A stretch of DNA of 64,000 nucleotides from Candidatus Pacearchaeota archaeon. GTDB taxonomy: Archaea > Nanobdellota > Nanobdellia > Pacearchaeales > GW2011-AR1. Position numbers and translations under genes: made by a program. Below, in pieces: positions 1-9,570 of this stretch (the first letter of the stretch is position 1; every line of letters begins with the position of its first letter). The DNA is taken from contig JAAOYK010000016.1 in assembly GCA_018221305.1 (NCBI GenBank), positions 136 through 64,135 on the forward strand. The letters run 5' to 3'. Below the pieces are notes generated by a model. It was not told the origin of the DNA and did not search any database. It was given only the letters and a program-made list of their open reading frames with translations.

Positions 1-856
1 TACGTAAATCTTTTGGTAATACTTTAAAATCAAACTCACGCATTTTCTTATCAAGAGTACCGTCGCGCTGAAGATAGATATCACGGTCTGTTTCTACATG
101 AATATGTTTACATTCTGATTGAATACCGCCAAGATAGCCAAAAGGAGACATTGCAGTAAAAAATGCACTAACAAGGTGTCCGTGGTTAGTTATCTGAACA
201 GAATGAAGATTTTCACTGTCAAATGTTGCGCTTGGGGCAACTTTTACACCCATGCCATAGTAAGGTATTTTAGTTATCATCCAAGAAAAAAGTCTCTTAT
301 AATCTTTTTCTAATCCATCAATTGTTGCATGAGCCTTGAATGGTTTATACTTTTTCATGACTTTAGCAATGCTTGACATATATGCAGGAACACCACCATT
401 TCCATGTTTGTCCATAAAAGCTTGCCTTTTTTCTAAAATTTCGCCATCAAAGCCAATACTGCTCATAAAAGCCTTTTTTTCGTCATTACAAAGGATTGTG
501 TCCAGATCATGGCTTGTACCTAGTTTTACCTGGATTGCAGCATCCAATGGGCCAGGTTTTATCCCTAAAATGTATTGTAAAGCATTTCCAGTGCCCATAG
601 GAATATAACCCATAGAAACATCGTTGGTATCTATTGCATTTAAAACGTCTGAAAATGTGCCATCACCGCCTACAACAACCAAAGTATCAACACGTTTTGA
701 TAGATCATTAGCACAAATCATAAAATCTTCACAAGACGTTGTGTCTAACCCATAAATCTCTGCGTCAAGAATTCTTGCAGGATCTCTTAAAATTTTCTTT
801 TTCTGCTCAATTGTTTTATTACCTGAAACAGGGTTTGCAATTATTGCATACTTCAT
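1..856 (-). CDS. Diacylglycerol/lipid kinase catalytic-domain protein (YegS/BmrU-like); C-terminus runs off the window start
   Basis: Own minus-strand translation from the ATG (complement of 854-856): MKYAIIANPVSGNK...VVVGGDGTFSDVLNAI...IPMGTGNA. GGDGT and GTGN motifs of the DAGK_cat family. Open to base 2. Absent from the ORF track because no stop lies inside the window. Confidence 0.7.
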   Translation of the reverse strand, partial: MKYAIIANPVSGNKTIEQKKKILRDPARILDAEIYGLDTTSCEDFMICANDLSKRVDTLVVVGGDGTFSDVLNAIDTNDVSMGYIPMGTGNALQYILGIKPGPLDAAIQVKLGTSHDLDTILCNDEKKAFMSSIGFDGEILEKRQAFMDKHGNGGVPAYMSSIAKVMKKYKPFKAHATIDGLEKDYKRLFSWMITKIPYYGMGVKVAPSATFDSENLHSVQITNHGHLVSAFFTAMSPFGYLGGIQSECKHIHVETDRDIYLQRDGTLDKKMREFDFKVLPKDLR

Positions 857-947
857 GAATTATGAGGACTTGATTAATTTTTAAAGATATAGGTACTTAT
901 AAGTATACACAAAAATATTTAAAAAGATCAGGATTAATCAGAGTAAT

Positions 948-1469
948 ATGAAAGAAACAGAAATAAAAATATTAAATATTGATTCTAACAAGATACGCAA
1001 AATATTAAAGAAAAATAATGCAATACTTGTGAAAAATGTTTTTCAAAAAAATTATGCATATTCTAATAACTATACAAAAGAAAAAAAGATGGTCATTCGT
1101 GTCAGAGATGAAGGAAAAAATAATAATAAAATCTTTACTGTAAAAGGGCCCAGAAAAATTGTAAAAGGGTGCAAGGTTCGAACTGAGCATGAAATAAAAG
1201 TAACTGACGATGCTACACTAACAAAAATGCTTAAAATGCTTGGGTATAAAATGTCACATTATTGTGAGATGAAACGTGAATATTATAAGATGTTTAATTG
1301 CCTGGTGGAAATAATAAAATTTCCAAAAATTCCTGATTATCTTGAAATTGAAGGAGACATGAAAGGTATAAACAAAATTGCAAGCATTTTGGGATATAAT
1401 AAAAAAGATTATTATGCAAAAAGCATTTTTGAAGCGTATAACCTTAAAAAAACAAGTTTTAAATTCTAA
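948..1469 (+). CDS. CYTH-domain protein (CyaB-like class IV adenylyl cyclase / triphosphatase family)
   Basis: N-terminal ExExK motif (ETEIKIL), later EIEGD acidic motif, about 170 aa, typical for CYTH. Confidence 0.6.
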   Translation: MKETEIKILNIDSNKIRKILKKNNAILVKNVFQKNYAYSNNYTKEKKMVIRVRDEGKNNNKIFTVKGPRKIVKGCKVRTEHEIKVTDDATLTKMLKMLGYKMSHYCEMKREYYKMFNCLVEIIKFPKIPDYLEIEGDMKGINKIASILGYNKKDYYAKSIFEAYNLKKTSFKF

Positions 1470-3115
1470 CAAACGTACTCATAAATTTTGTGGCCTAATC
1501 GGTGACTATTAAACACTTCAAAACAAGCGTCACTACCAGTTAAGAAAGGTTTCAAATTATCATTTTGTGAACGAGACAAAAAGATGTATAAAGGATAATT
1601 TTGATTGGTTTGCGGATGTTTTCTATAACTGTCAAGGAATTGTTTAATTTCTGTCAAATCTTTTGAATTCAAAAAGTCCTGCCAATCAGATTTTGTGTGA
1701 TCATCACCAAAAAGGCCGGGAGCAATAGTTTTACGATTAGAATAAGACAAAAGATATGGTGCATATTTTGAGCTTGTTGTCATAACAAAAGCGTTCTCCT
1801 CAGTTAGTGAAAACTTTTTTATTAAATTAAATTCTTCAGGAGTTACTGGAGATTCTAAATTTTTGGCAAAATCATATGTAACAAACATGCTAGAGCCAAT
1901 CATTGCGATCATTATAAACGTGCCCAAGACTTTTGATCGTCGGATAACAAAAAGAAAACCTAAAGAAGATAAGATGATAAACATTAAATCTAAATGTATA
2001 ATAAAACGTTTGTAAAAGAAAAGTTGGGTATAAACAAGGATAAAACTTATAATAGTCATGAAAAAGAGTAAATTAAAATTTTTGCGTTTTGTAACATAAA
2101 AAAATCCAAGTATTGCAAAGGGTAAATAAAATAAGGTTGAATAAGAATACTGAAAAAAACTTACAAAAGATCCAAAAGAAGATCCTGGTTCATTACTAAA
2201 CGTGCTAAGGGACGGATTGATTAAAGGTTTAATCCCAGTACTAAAAAATCCTAAATAAAATATTACAGTTAGTACAAAAATGTACAAAAGGTCCAAGAGT
2301 TCTTTTTTTATTTCACTTTTTTGATGCTTTTTTCCATTAATAAAAATAAAAGTTACAAGAGCTATGTAAGAGAGAAAATAAACAAAAAAGGTTGGCAAAT
2401 GAAATGCGCCGGTTAACGCGAAAAATAAAATAAACAAAAATCTTTTTTTTCGTTTAAAAAAGTAAACTGATAACAGCAAAAAAGTCAAAGCAATAATACT
2501 ATTGTAGTATAGAAAAGTAAAAGCCTTATACTGAATTATCGAGGCTGCGTAAAGTATAAAAGAAATTAATGCAGCGACTTTTCCGAAATGCTGACGAACA
2601 ACCAAATATATTGAAAGTCCAAAGATTAGGTTAATCAAGATAAAAAAGTCTATTAGAATAGTTTTTGATGAGACAAAAAAGCTAAGAATTTTTGTCAGAG
2701 ATAAAAACGCTGGAGAAAAAGTAAGCTTTACCCAGGAAACAACCTTAAACCCGTTCTTGGCAAAAGATTCTATACCATACTTATAGATACCATAATCATA
2801 ACTAAACGGAACACTATTATTAGTATATGGAATTATGCGCAGAGCAAAAATTATTACTAAAGCTAAGACAAAAAGAAGTGCGTATAGTCGTTTATTTAAG
2901 TACACATATTTTATTGATTCTCTACGAATTATAAAAAATCCAGAAACTCCAAGAATTATGGCCAGGATATGAAACAAATAAGAAAATTTATGCATCAAAC
3001 TTATAGACACAAAAAGTACAAGTATTGCATATATGAAAATTAGTTGATTAAAACTATTATTAATTGTTCGATCTATTTTTTTGCGTAATTTTGATTTCAT
3101 CAGACATAGACCCAT
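1466..3115 (-). CDS. Polytopic membrane protein, possibly a GT-C-type glycosyltransferase
   Basis: 549 aa, more than 10 hydrophobic helices plus a C-terminal soluble domain. The architecture resembles PMT/ArnT-like enzymes, but no diagnostic motif was confirmed. Confidence 0.35.
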   Translation of the reverse strand: MGLCLMKSKLRKKIDRTINNSFNQLIFIYAILVLFVSISLMHKFSYLFHILAIILGVSGFFIIRRESIKYVYLNKRLYALLFVLALVIIFALRIIPYTNNSVPFSYDYGIYKYGIESFAKNGFKVVSWVKLTFSPAFLSLTKILSFFVSSKTILIDFFILINLIFGLSIYLVVRQHFGKVAALISFILYAASIIQYKAFTFLYYNSIIALTFLLLSVYFFKRKKRFLFILFFALTGAFHLPTFFVYFLSYIALVTFIFINGKKHQKSEIKKELLDLLYIFVLTVIFYLGFFSTGIKPLINPSLSTFSNEPGSSFGSFVSFFQYSYSTLFYLPFAILGFFYVTKRKNFNLLFFMTIISFILVYTQLFFYKRFIIHLDLMFIILSSLGFLFVIRRSKVLGTFIMIAMIGSSMFVTYDFAKNLESPVTPEEFNLIKKFSLTEENAFVMTTSSKYAPYLLSYSNRKTIAPGLFGDDHTKSDWQDFLNSKDLTEIKQFLDSYRKHPQTNQNYPLYIFLSRSQNDNLKPFLTGSDACFEVFNSHRLGHKIYEYVC

Positions 3116-3352
3116 AAGGTAGCTTTTGTTCAGATTTACTAAAACATTAGGGTTTTTCTATCTTTTTATACTGCTGTAGGGTAGATTTATTAGCATATTA
3201 TCAGAAAGATGGTCCTAAAAAAATAGAATTAAGTGGTTCTATACACCACCAAGTAATCTTCTCTATATTAAAACGTGGACTTTTTAATCAGTGTCAACTC
3301 GTAATACCATTTTTAAAATTAAAAAAAAGGTTGGATTTGCTAGTTACATAGA

Positions 3353-3739
3353 CTAATATATATCATCTTTATAAGATGTATGCCCAAGATCATAATTAAA
3401 AAATTGCAGAAACTCTTTTTTAATATCACGGTTCACTTGCAAGTCTTCTAACTCTTCTAAAACTTCTCGTATAAAACAATAACTACACAAAGCTACCCTA
3501 TGCCGATGGCATTTGATACACCTTGAGGAGTCGTTTGTATTCATTTTGATCGTTTTTAGATATTGTTTTAACCTTGGCATTAGTTCGTGCCTCAAACTAG
3601 GATATAGGGTTGACCAAATGTTCACTTCCTCTGTCAAACATACTGGACAGATGGGATTAGTTATAGCCTCATTGCAGATCTCACACTCGAAGTTTGGTGC
3701 CTGCAAGAGATGCTTGTTAATTGTATCTACCATATTCAT
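3353..3739 (-). CDS. Cys-rich (4x CxxC) zinc-ribbon protein, tandem paralog A
   Basis: CEIC...CPVC...CIKC...CSYC. Alignable along its length with the neighbouring ORF 3900-4307. Start set at an internal ATG (MNMVDT); the track start is a GTG. Confidence 0.55.
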   Translation of the reverse strand: MNMVDTINKHLLQAPNFECEICNEAITNPICPVCLTEEVNIWSTLYPSLRHELMPRLKQYLKTIKMNTNDSSRCIKCHRHRVALCSYCFIREVLEELEDLQVNRDIKKEFLQFFNYDLGHTSYKDDIY

Positions 3740-3899
3740 CCGAAATATCTCTCTAAAATACACCTCCTATAATTTATTAATGGGCGTAATGTCATCACTG
3801 AAAACTGTCTAGAACACTGCTTAATAGATGATACTATATCACCCATTTTGCTCTTATATCCATAAGCATTACAACTATATATACTTTTTGTGATTCGCA

Positions 3900-4307
3900 T
3901 CATAGTTCTCCTATCATTGTTGAATATCGTTTCCATTTTGCAGCATGAGGGTCTGGGACAACAAAATCAAAATCAAACAATCCTTGAAATTCGTCCAGGA
4001 TTCTTGAATCGATTCTTACCTTTTTTAGTTGACCAACTATAAAGTCAATAAAACATGACGGGCAAACATAAGCCTTTTTATTTTGACATTTTATGCATTG
4101 AGTAGCCTGTGTGATCCTTTCTTCGAATTGTTCTAAATAAGATTCAATTTTTGGATAGATAACACGCTTTAAGTTTGGATAAAGAGTGAGCCATACAGAA
4201 ACACTTTTTGCTAAACATTCAGGACATATTGGATTATCAACCACCCCGCTACAAACATCGCAATGAAATTGCCATTCAACCTCCAGAGAACTCCTTTGTT
4301 TTAACAT
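3900..4307 (-). CDS. Cys-rich (4x CxxC) zinc-ribbon protein, tandem paralog B
   Basis: CDVC...CPEC...CIKC...CPSC. Shares NPICPxCL, WxTLYPxL and CIKC blocks with paralog A. The track start is a TTG; the ATG at 4307 (MLKQRSS) is preferred. Confidence 0.55.
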   Translation of the reverse strand: MLKQRSSLEVEWQFHCDVCSGVVDNPICPECLAKSVSVWLTLYPNLKRVIYPKIESYLEQFEERITQATQCIKCQNKKAYVCPSCFIDFIVGQLKKVRIDSRILDEFQGLFDFDFVVPDPHAAKWKRYSTMIGEL

Positions 4308-4484
4308 TTTGAAGAAATATGGATTCAAGCCGAGATAAAACAAGGAGCTTAAATCAGGAATTTAATCACAGTATAAAAAATAGGCGTTGCTAGTGACGAA
4401 CACGGATTCATAAATCTATTATGCCTATTTATTTCCATGGTATAATTAAGTAGAGCTTGTTTATATATTTTGCTGTTCTAGAAT

Positions 4485-5420
4485 TTACATACGATCAAGA
4501 AGAGCTATTCTCTTGCTTAGTGGAGGGTGAGTAGAAAAAGCACTATCAAGATTTTTCTTAAAAGGGTCTGAAATAAATAAAGGTGCCACAGCTGAGGCCA
4601 CCTTTTTACTATCCTTAATGTTTATAGATTCGCTTTTTATTTTTTTAAAAGCGCCGATCAACCCGGTAGGGCTTCGAATAAATTTTACTGCTGAAGCGTC
4701 TGCAGCATATTCTCGTTTTCTTGAAATTGATAATTGAACCAAGATTGCAAAAACTGGTGCAAGGATTGCAAAGACTATACCAATAATCATTAAAACAACT
4801 TGCGCCTGGCCACCATTGTCTCGGCTGTTTCTTCTCCCTCCACCGGATAAACTGCTCCACCATAAACTTCGCAGGAAAATACGTGAAATTATTGCAATCA
4901 TTCCAACAAGGACTGTGGCCAAAGTCATGTATCTAATGTCATAGTTTGCTATGTGAGCTAATTCATGGCCAATAACGCCTTCTAATTCTTGTTTGTCAAG
5001 CTTTTCTAAAGCTCCTGTTGTGACACAAATTATTGAATTTTTTGGGTCACGGCCTGAAGCAAAGGCATTAATGTTTGAATTCTCCATAACATAAAGTTTT
5101 GGTTTTGGCATTCCTGAAGCAAGACATAGACCTTCAACAGAATGATGAAACATGCGATGGTCTGTTTGATTTGCAGGTTTGGCATTAACAGAGGCAAGCG
5201 CGATCTTGTGCGAATTATAATAGCTAAAAATAATATAAAGAGGTGCAAGAATTAATGCGAAAACTAAAATGACAATTGAATATTCAGGGCTTAAGACTAA
5301 TCCTATAATATAAATTAAAGCAACCAAAATTAACAAAATAAAAGCCATTAAAACATAACTTTTTCTTTTGTTTCGAGCAATCTGATCATAAAATGATATA
5401 CGAGCTTTTGGATCCACCAT
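4485..5420 (-). CDS. htpX: HtpX-type M48 zinc metalloprotease
   Basis: HELAHIANYD (HExxH), TM helices flanking the catalytic domain, EYAAD motif. Confidence 0.9.
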   Translation of the reverse strand: MVDPKARISFYDQIARNKRKSYVLMAFILLILVALIYIIGLVLSPEYSIVILVFALILAPLYIIFSYYNSHKIALASVNAKPANQTDHRMFHHSVEGLCLASGMPKPKLYVMENSNINAFASGRDPKNSIICVTTGALEKLDKQELEGVIGHELAHIANYDIRYMTLATVLVGMIAIISRIFLRSLWWSSLSGGGRRNSRDNGGQAQVVLMIIGIVFAILAPVFAILVQLSISRKREYAADASAVKFIRSPTGLIGAFKKIKSESINIKDSKKVASAVAPLFISDPFKKNLDSAFSTHPPLSKRIALLDRM

Positions 5421-5521
5421 AAATATAAAGACGTCTTTAGATATATAAAGCTTATCCTAAAATCGTAAAAGAAACGTTTAAATATTTTCATTATCTAGGC
5501 TAAATAAGAGAAAAGAGAAAA

Positions 5522-5989
5522 ATGAAAAAGTCTAAACTTAAGACATATCTGGCCCTTGAAGCAATAGCTTCATTTATTGGAATTATGTTATTACTTATTG
5601 ACGATTTTGCAGGATTTTATCATTATGATTATTATAATAAAATAAGAATCTGGGGATTTGTCGGGTTAGGCAATGGAGTTTTGGGGAGTGTTTTAATTTT
5701 AATTGGTGCTTTGGCACTTCTATTTTCACTTTATACATCTATAAGATATTTAAGAATGAAAAAGATCTCAGTACAATCATTAAAAAAAGATATGAAACGC
5801 GTAATGATAAGTGGCATATTTGTTTCAGCACTAGCAGGAATTGGAGCATTAGTATTCATAATAACTAATGTAATTGATGAAACACAAGAATGGTGGCTAG
5901 ATTCTGGATTTTATGGAGCATTTATTGGCGGGATATTAATAATTATACTTGCTAAGATTATTCTTAATAAACTCAAAACTAAGAAGTGA
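5522..5989 (+). CDS. Integral membrane protein (4 TM), unknown function
   Basis: Hydrophobic helix pattern only. Confidence 0.5.
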   Translation: MKKSKLKTYLALEAIASFIGIMLLLIDDFAGFYHYDYYNKIRIWGFVGLGNGVLGSVLILIGALALLFSLYTSIRYLRMKKISVQSLKKDMKRVMISGIFVSALAGIGALVFIITNVIDETQEWWLDSGFYGAFIGGILIIILAKIILNKLKTKK

Positions 5990-6004
5990 TAAATCAACAA
6001 AAGG

Positions 6005-6766
6005 TTACTTTTTTGCGGTTCTCCAAATATATTCAAAATATTTTCGGAAACTATTTGCAACCAACTCACTTTCGATAACTATTGTTGTTGGAGCCTTTTG
6101 AATTAAAATAAAAATTGCTACCTTATTTTTGTAAATTGAAGTACTAATTGGCATGGCAAATTTTTTAGGTAATAATCTAATTTGAGTATTTGACAAATCT
6201 TTTCTTTCTTTGTTGAGTTGTTGATATTTTTCATTAATCAAACCTCTATGAATAATTCCTTTTTTTGCTCGATATTTTTGTCTTTTAGTAAAATATATTT
6301 CCCAAGAATGAGGTTGTGAAGTCACCCCCATATCCAACCACTCTTCTCCTTTTTTTAATGTGCTTATTATATCCTCATTTACTGTTTTCATTCCTTCCCA
6401 TCCAGTATATAATTTTACCTCACTTTTTGGCGCAGATTGTTGTTTTAGAATCAATTCTGGAATTATCTTATGTATTTCCTTTTCTTCCACATCAATTTCT
6501 TTCTTTTTTTCGTCTAAATAATCTAATATCTTTTCTGGGGAGGCAGCTTCAAAATTTTTTACATTGTTTTTGATCATAGTATTAACTAATCCTTTATCTG
6601 CAAGCCTGTCTAAAACTTCATAAGCTTTTGATCCAGAAATTTTAGATTTTTTTATAATTTTCCCTATTGAGGAAGAGCCTAGCTCCAGAAGTGCTAAATA
6701 TGTCTTTATTTCTCCATCAGTTAAACCAATTGATTTTAGTGATTGTTTTATCATAGTATTACGCAC
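6005..6766 (-). CDS. TrmB-family transcriptional regulator
   Basis: N-terminal wHTH LGLTDGEIKTYLALLELGSSSIGKIIKKSKISGSKAYEVLDRLADKGLV plus a TrmB-like C-terminal domain. Confidence 0.8.
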   Translation of the reverse strand: MRNTMIKQSLKSIGLTDGEIKTYLALLELGSSSIGKIIKKSKISGSKAYEVLDRLADKGLVNTMIKNNVKNFEAASPEKILDYLDEKKKEIDVEEKEIHKIIPELILKQQSAPKSEVKLYTGWEGMKTVNEDIISTLKKGEEWLDMGVTSQPHSWEIYFTKRQKYRAKKGIIHRGLINEKYQQLNKERKDLSNTQIRLLPKKFAMPISTSIYKNKVAIFILIQKAPTTIVIESELVANSFRKYFEYIWRTAKK

Positions 6767-6856
6767 ATTATTAGTTATTTAAATCTTATTATTATAACGT
6801 ATGTGGGGGGAGAGAATATATAAAAACCTTTTCATCTATAAATAATTATCAAAATA

Positions 6857-6870
6857 AAAGAGTTCTTGAT
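6857..6870 (+). promoter_or_regulatory. Copy 1 of the conserved upstream motif AAAGAGTTCTTGAT
   Basis: Lies 12 nt upstream of the ATG at 6883. The identical 14-mer is found upstream of three other genes (59614, 63091 minus, 63513 minus). Confidence 0.45.
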
Positions 6871-6882
6871 GAATAAAGGAAA

Positions 6883-7260
6883 ATGAAAGGAATTGAAAGT
6901 AAAATAAGAAAAGACATAGCCCAAAGAATCATAGAAAAACAGGAGTTACCTTTAAATTCAAATACTCAATATAATGGGAAATTAAACTTAGAAACTTATT
7001 TAAAATATGTACCAACAGAATCATTAGAATCTTCTTGTCTTGCCTATTTAGCATTAAAAAAAATAAGTCCAAAAATAGCAAATATTGCAGGGACCTTATA
7101 TGAGCTAAAACATTCCGAAGACTCAGAAAAATTTGAAATTTATGAAAGACTAATGGTTTTGGAGTTAGAAAAACAATTCGCAGCTGAACAAGGGAATTAC
7201 AATAAAGCAGCTGCATTAAGAGATCAAATCGTGGAAATGAGGGAAGAATTAAAATGGTAG
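6883..7260 (+). CDS. UVR-domain protein
   Basis: C-terminal AAEQGNYNKAAALRDQIVEMREEL matches the UvrB/UvrC-type UVR motif. Confidence 0.5.
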   Translation: MKGIESKIRKDIAQRIIEKQELPLNSNTQYNGKLNLETYLKYVPTESLESSCLAYLALKKISPKIANIAGTLYELKHSEDSEKFEIYERLMVLELEKQFAAEQGNYNKAAALRDQIVEMREELKW

Positions 7261-7265
7261 GCACT

Positions 7266-7835
7266 ATGGCACAAAAAAATATCTGGAAAACAGTTGAAAG
7301 GCCAGGATGGTATGGAGAAAATAGAGTGGAAAAGTTGGCGGAATATGATGAAAAATATGGGTCTGAAAACTGGAGAATAAGACATAGGCTGGGACCGTAT
7401 ATTTTAGACTTTAAAAAATCTGTAGGGCTATATGAAATGTGCTATGAAAGAGATTTTATGCATCCGGACAGAAAATATCTATGGAGACATTTAATACATA
7501 AAGCAAGTGATGTGTGGACTGAATTAGAATCTGACATAGATTCTAAAACAGACTATTCAATACAAAAGGCGCCGGCAGTTCATTATGAAGATATTGCTAT
7601 AAGGCGGATATTTCAAAAATATAATGTTAAATTTAAAGGAGATGAACTGATAAGGATCCGGGCAGATAGTGAAGATTTAGCAGGAATAGCATTAAGTTCT
7701 GTCCACATTCCTTTTGTTTATCCAGAGTATATTGAAGCACCGGTAAACAATAAATTTCCTTGGTGGGATAGACACAAAGGATCATTAGAATGTTTTTGGC
7801 ACTTAAATAAAGTTTTGCAAGTAAGAAAACAATAA
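7266..7835 (+). CDS. Hypothetical protein
   Basis: Long ORF with no recognised motif. The start at MAQKNIW is preferred over the overlapping ATG at 7254. Confidence 0.45.
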   Translation: MAQKNIWKTVERPGWYGENRVEKLAEYDEKYGSENWRIRHRLGPYILDFKKSVGLYEMCYERDFMHPDRKYLWRHLIHKASDVWTELESDIDSKTDYSIQKAPAVHYEDIAIRRIFQKYNVKFKGDELIRIRADSEDLAGIALSSVHIPFVYPEYIEAPVNNKFPWWDRHKGSLECFWHLNKVLQVRKQ

Positions 7836-7867
7836 CACAATTAGATAATAAAAATTTAAAAAAAAAA

Positions 7868-8422
7868 TTAAAGATCGATTTTAGGCATTTCTTTTGCAGC
7901 TGCTGGAATCTTTAAGTAATCTTTTTTCTGTCTTCCATACATCTTAAAGAACATTACTCCAGGGAATTTCTGGCTAGCATTTTCTAGACTTAATACATTA
8001 TCGTTATAATATTGTCTAGCATAAGCCACTTTATCTTCAATTGCTGACAATTCTTGCTGCAGATGTAAAAAGTTTTCATTAGCCTTTAGATTAGGATAAT
8101 TTTCTGCTATTGCAAAAATTCTGCCAAGTGTTGCTTGAAGAGCGTCTCCAGCCTTAACTTTTGAAGCAATATTTCCTGCTTTTAACATTTCTGCTCGTGC
8201 TTTAGTTACATCAGCCATTATGCCTTTTTCATGTTTTGCATAACCTTTGACAACTTTTACTAACGCAGGAACCAAATCTGCACGTTTTTTTAACTGAACA
8301 TCAATTTGTGCTAAAGAATTATTAATACGGTTTTCTAAGCCTACAAATTTATTATAATAATAAATAAAAATTACAGCGACTAAAAATACTACTGAGCCTC
8401 CAATAATCCATCCAAGTAACAT
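7868..8422 (-). CDS. lemA: LemA family protein
   Basis: N-terminal TM then YNxF..L...I....AQIDVQLKRRADL-like block (NNSLAQIDVQLKKRADLVPALV). The track start is a TTG; the ATG at 8422 is preferred. Confidence 0.85.
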   Translation of the reverse strand: MLLGWIIGGSVVFLVAVIFIYYYNKFVGLENRINNSLAQIDVQLKKRADLVPALVKVVKGYAKHEKGIMADVTKARAEMLKAGNIASKVKAGDALQATLGRIFAIAENYPNLKANENFLHLQQELSAIEDKVAYARQYYNDNVLSLENASQKFPGVMFFKMYGRQKKDYLKIPAAAKEMPKIDL

Positions 8423-8498
8423 ATTATGACCTAGGCCAGATAGTTTATAAATGTTATTGTTACACAAACTTTAAAAGTTTTAAAACTATGATTAATTC

Positions 8499-8885
8499 AT
8501 GAAAGAATCAAAAAAGGTCTTAATGACATTAATAATTGGGGTAATGCTAGTTGCTACATTTTATATGATAACAGCTGCTATTTCTAGATATACAGGGTTT
8601 TTTGTACGTGAAGAATCAAGTTATAATGATTTTGATCTTTGTTTGCAAGAACAAACTATTAAAGTATATCTTAATACTAATAATCTTGCGCAAAGTTTAA
8701 AGGAGCTTGTACTTTTTGATTTAATGCATAATTTTGAAATAAAGAATTGTGTTCAGGATAATACTGAGTGCATGCAAAGAGGTATTAATAAGTTCCCGAC
8801 ATGGATAGTAAATGATCGGAAAATTAACAGAGACTTAGCAATAGATGAATTAAAGGAGTACTCTGGCTGTAAGCCAAGAGTTTAA
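8499..8885 (+). CDS. Membrane-anchored protein with a weak thioredoxin-fold-like C-terminus
   Basis: Signal-anchor helix. C-terminal GINKFPTWIVND resembles the Trx-fold cis-Pro region, but no CxxC is present. Confidence 0.3.
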   Translation: MKESKKVLMTLIIGVMLVATFYMITAAISRYTGFFVREESSYNDFDLCLQEQTIKVYLNTNNLAQSLKELVLFDLMHNFEIKNCVQDNTECMQRGINKFPTWIVNDRKINRDLAIDELKEYSGCKPRV

Positions 8886-8907
8886 GGATGTAAGGAGGTA
8901 GTAAAAA

Positions 8908-9084
8908 GTGGTTAAAGTAAATCAAAGTACATGTATTGGATGTGGGGCGTGCACTGCTACATGTGAGGAAGTTTTCGAATTAAAGGACGGAAAATCTTAT
9001 GTTAAAAAAGGTCAAGAGAAGTCTACAGCCCCGTGTGTTAAAGAAGCAATAGAGGGTTGTCCAGTAAGTGCAATAAGTGCATAA
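8908..9084 (+). CDS. Small monocluster ferredoxin (58 aa); not in the ORF track
   Basis: GTG start 9 nt after TAAGGAGGT. VVKVNQSTCIGCGACTATCEEVF...CVKEAIEGCPVSAISA, i.e. a CxxCxxC...CP cluster pattern. Confidence 0.75.
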   Translation: MVKVNQSTCIGCGACTATCEEVFELKDGKSYVKKGQEKSTAPCVKEAIEGCPVSAISA

Positions 9085-9127
9085 AGAATCTAGATCTTTG
9101 CTTATTTAATTACTAATAACAAACAAG

Positions 9128-9526
9128 ATGTTAGAACTAATTAATTTATGGATAGTAGTCGGGACAGCGATCTTATTTGAATTAATAACAATTTTTGGTA
9201 GATTTTATTTAAAGATTAGTTCAAAAAAGATTTATCTAAGATTAATGAAGAAGTTTAAACTTAAACGATTTTATCATTTTCATCATTTATTCACTGGGAT
9301 CATATTAGCCATCATTTTTTACTATCTTAAATCTAGCATGTTATTTAGCCTAGGACTTGGAATAATGTTTTCAGATGTTATCCATCATTTTGTTGTGCTT
9401 TGGAGTGTTTTAGGACATCCTGAATTTCATATAGTCTATAAAAACATTAAAGCATTTAATAAAGAAGAAAAAATTGAAAAAAAGCAATTCAAAAAATTCT
9501 TTAGACATATTGTGCATGAAGCATAG
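9128..9526 (+). CDS. Integral membrane protein, unknown function
   Basis: Hydrophobic helices and His-rich loops (HFHHLF, HHFVV). Confidence 0.45.
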   Translation: MLELINLWIVVGTAILFELITIFGRFYLKISSKKIYLRLMKKFKLKRFYHFHHLFTGIILAIIFYYLKSSMLFSLGLGIMFSDVIHHFVVLWSVLGHPEFHIVYKNIKAFNKEEKIEKKQFKKFFRHIVHEA

Positions 9527-9531
9527 TATAC

Positions 9532-9570
9532 AAACATTTATATAGTTATATGAACTATGGTTCATATGAA
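9532..9570 (+). promoter_or_regulatory. TATA-like box plus palindromic operator, copy 1 (at the arsR-like gene)
   Basis: AAACATTTATATAG followed by the inverted repeat ATATGAAC-tatg-GTTCATAT (9548-9567). About 35/41 identical to 14631-14670. Confidence 0.6.

Noticed and set aside
119-608. Plus-strand track ORFs 119-313 and 336-608
   Set aside because: They lie antisense to a well-supported minus-strand lipid-kinase gene (GGDGT motif) that runs off the window edge. Their composition is typical of shadow ORFs.
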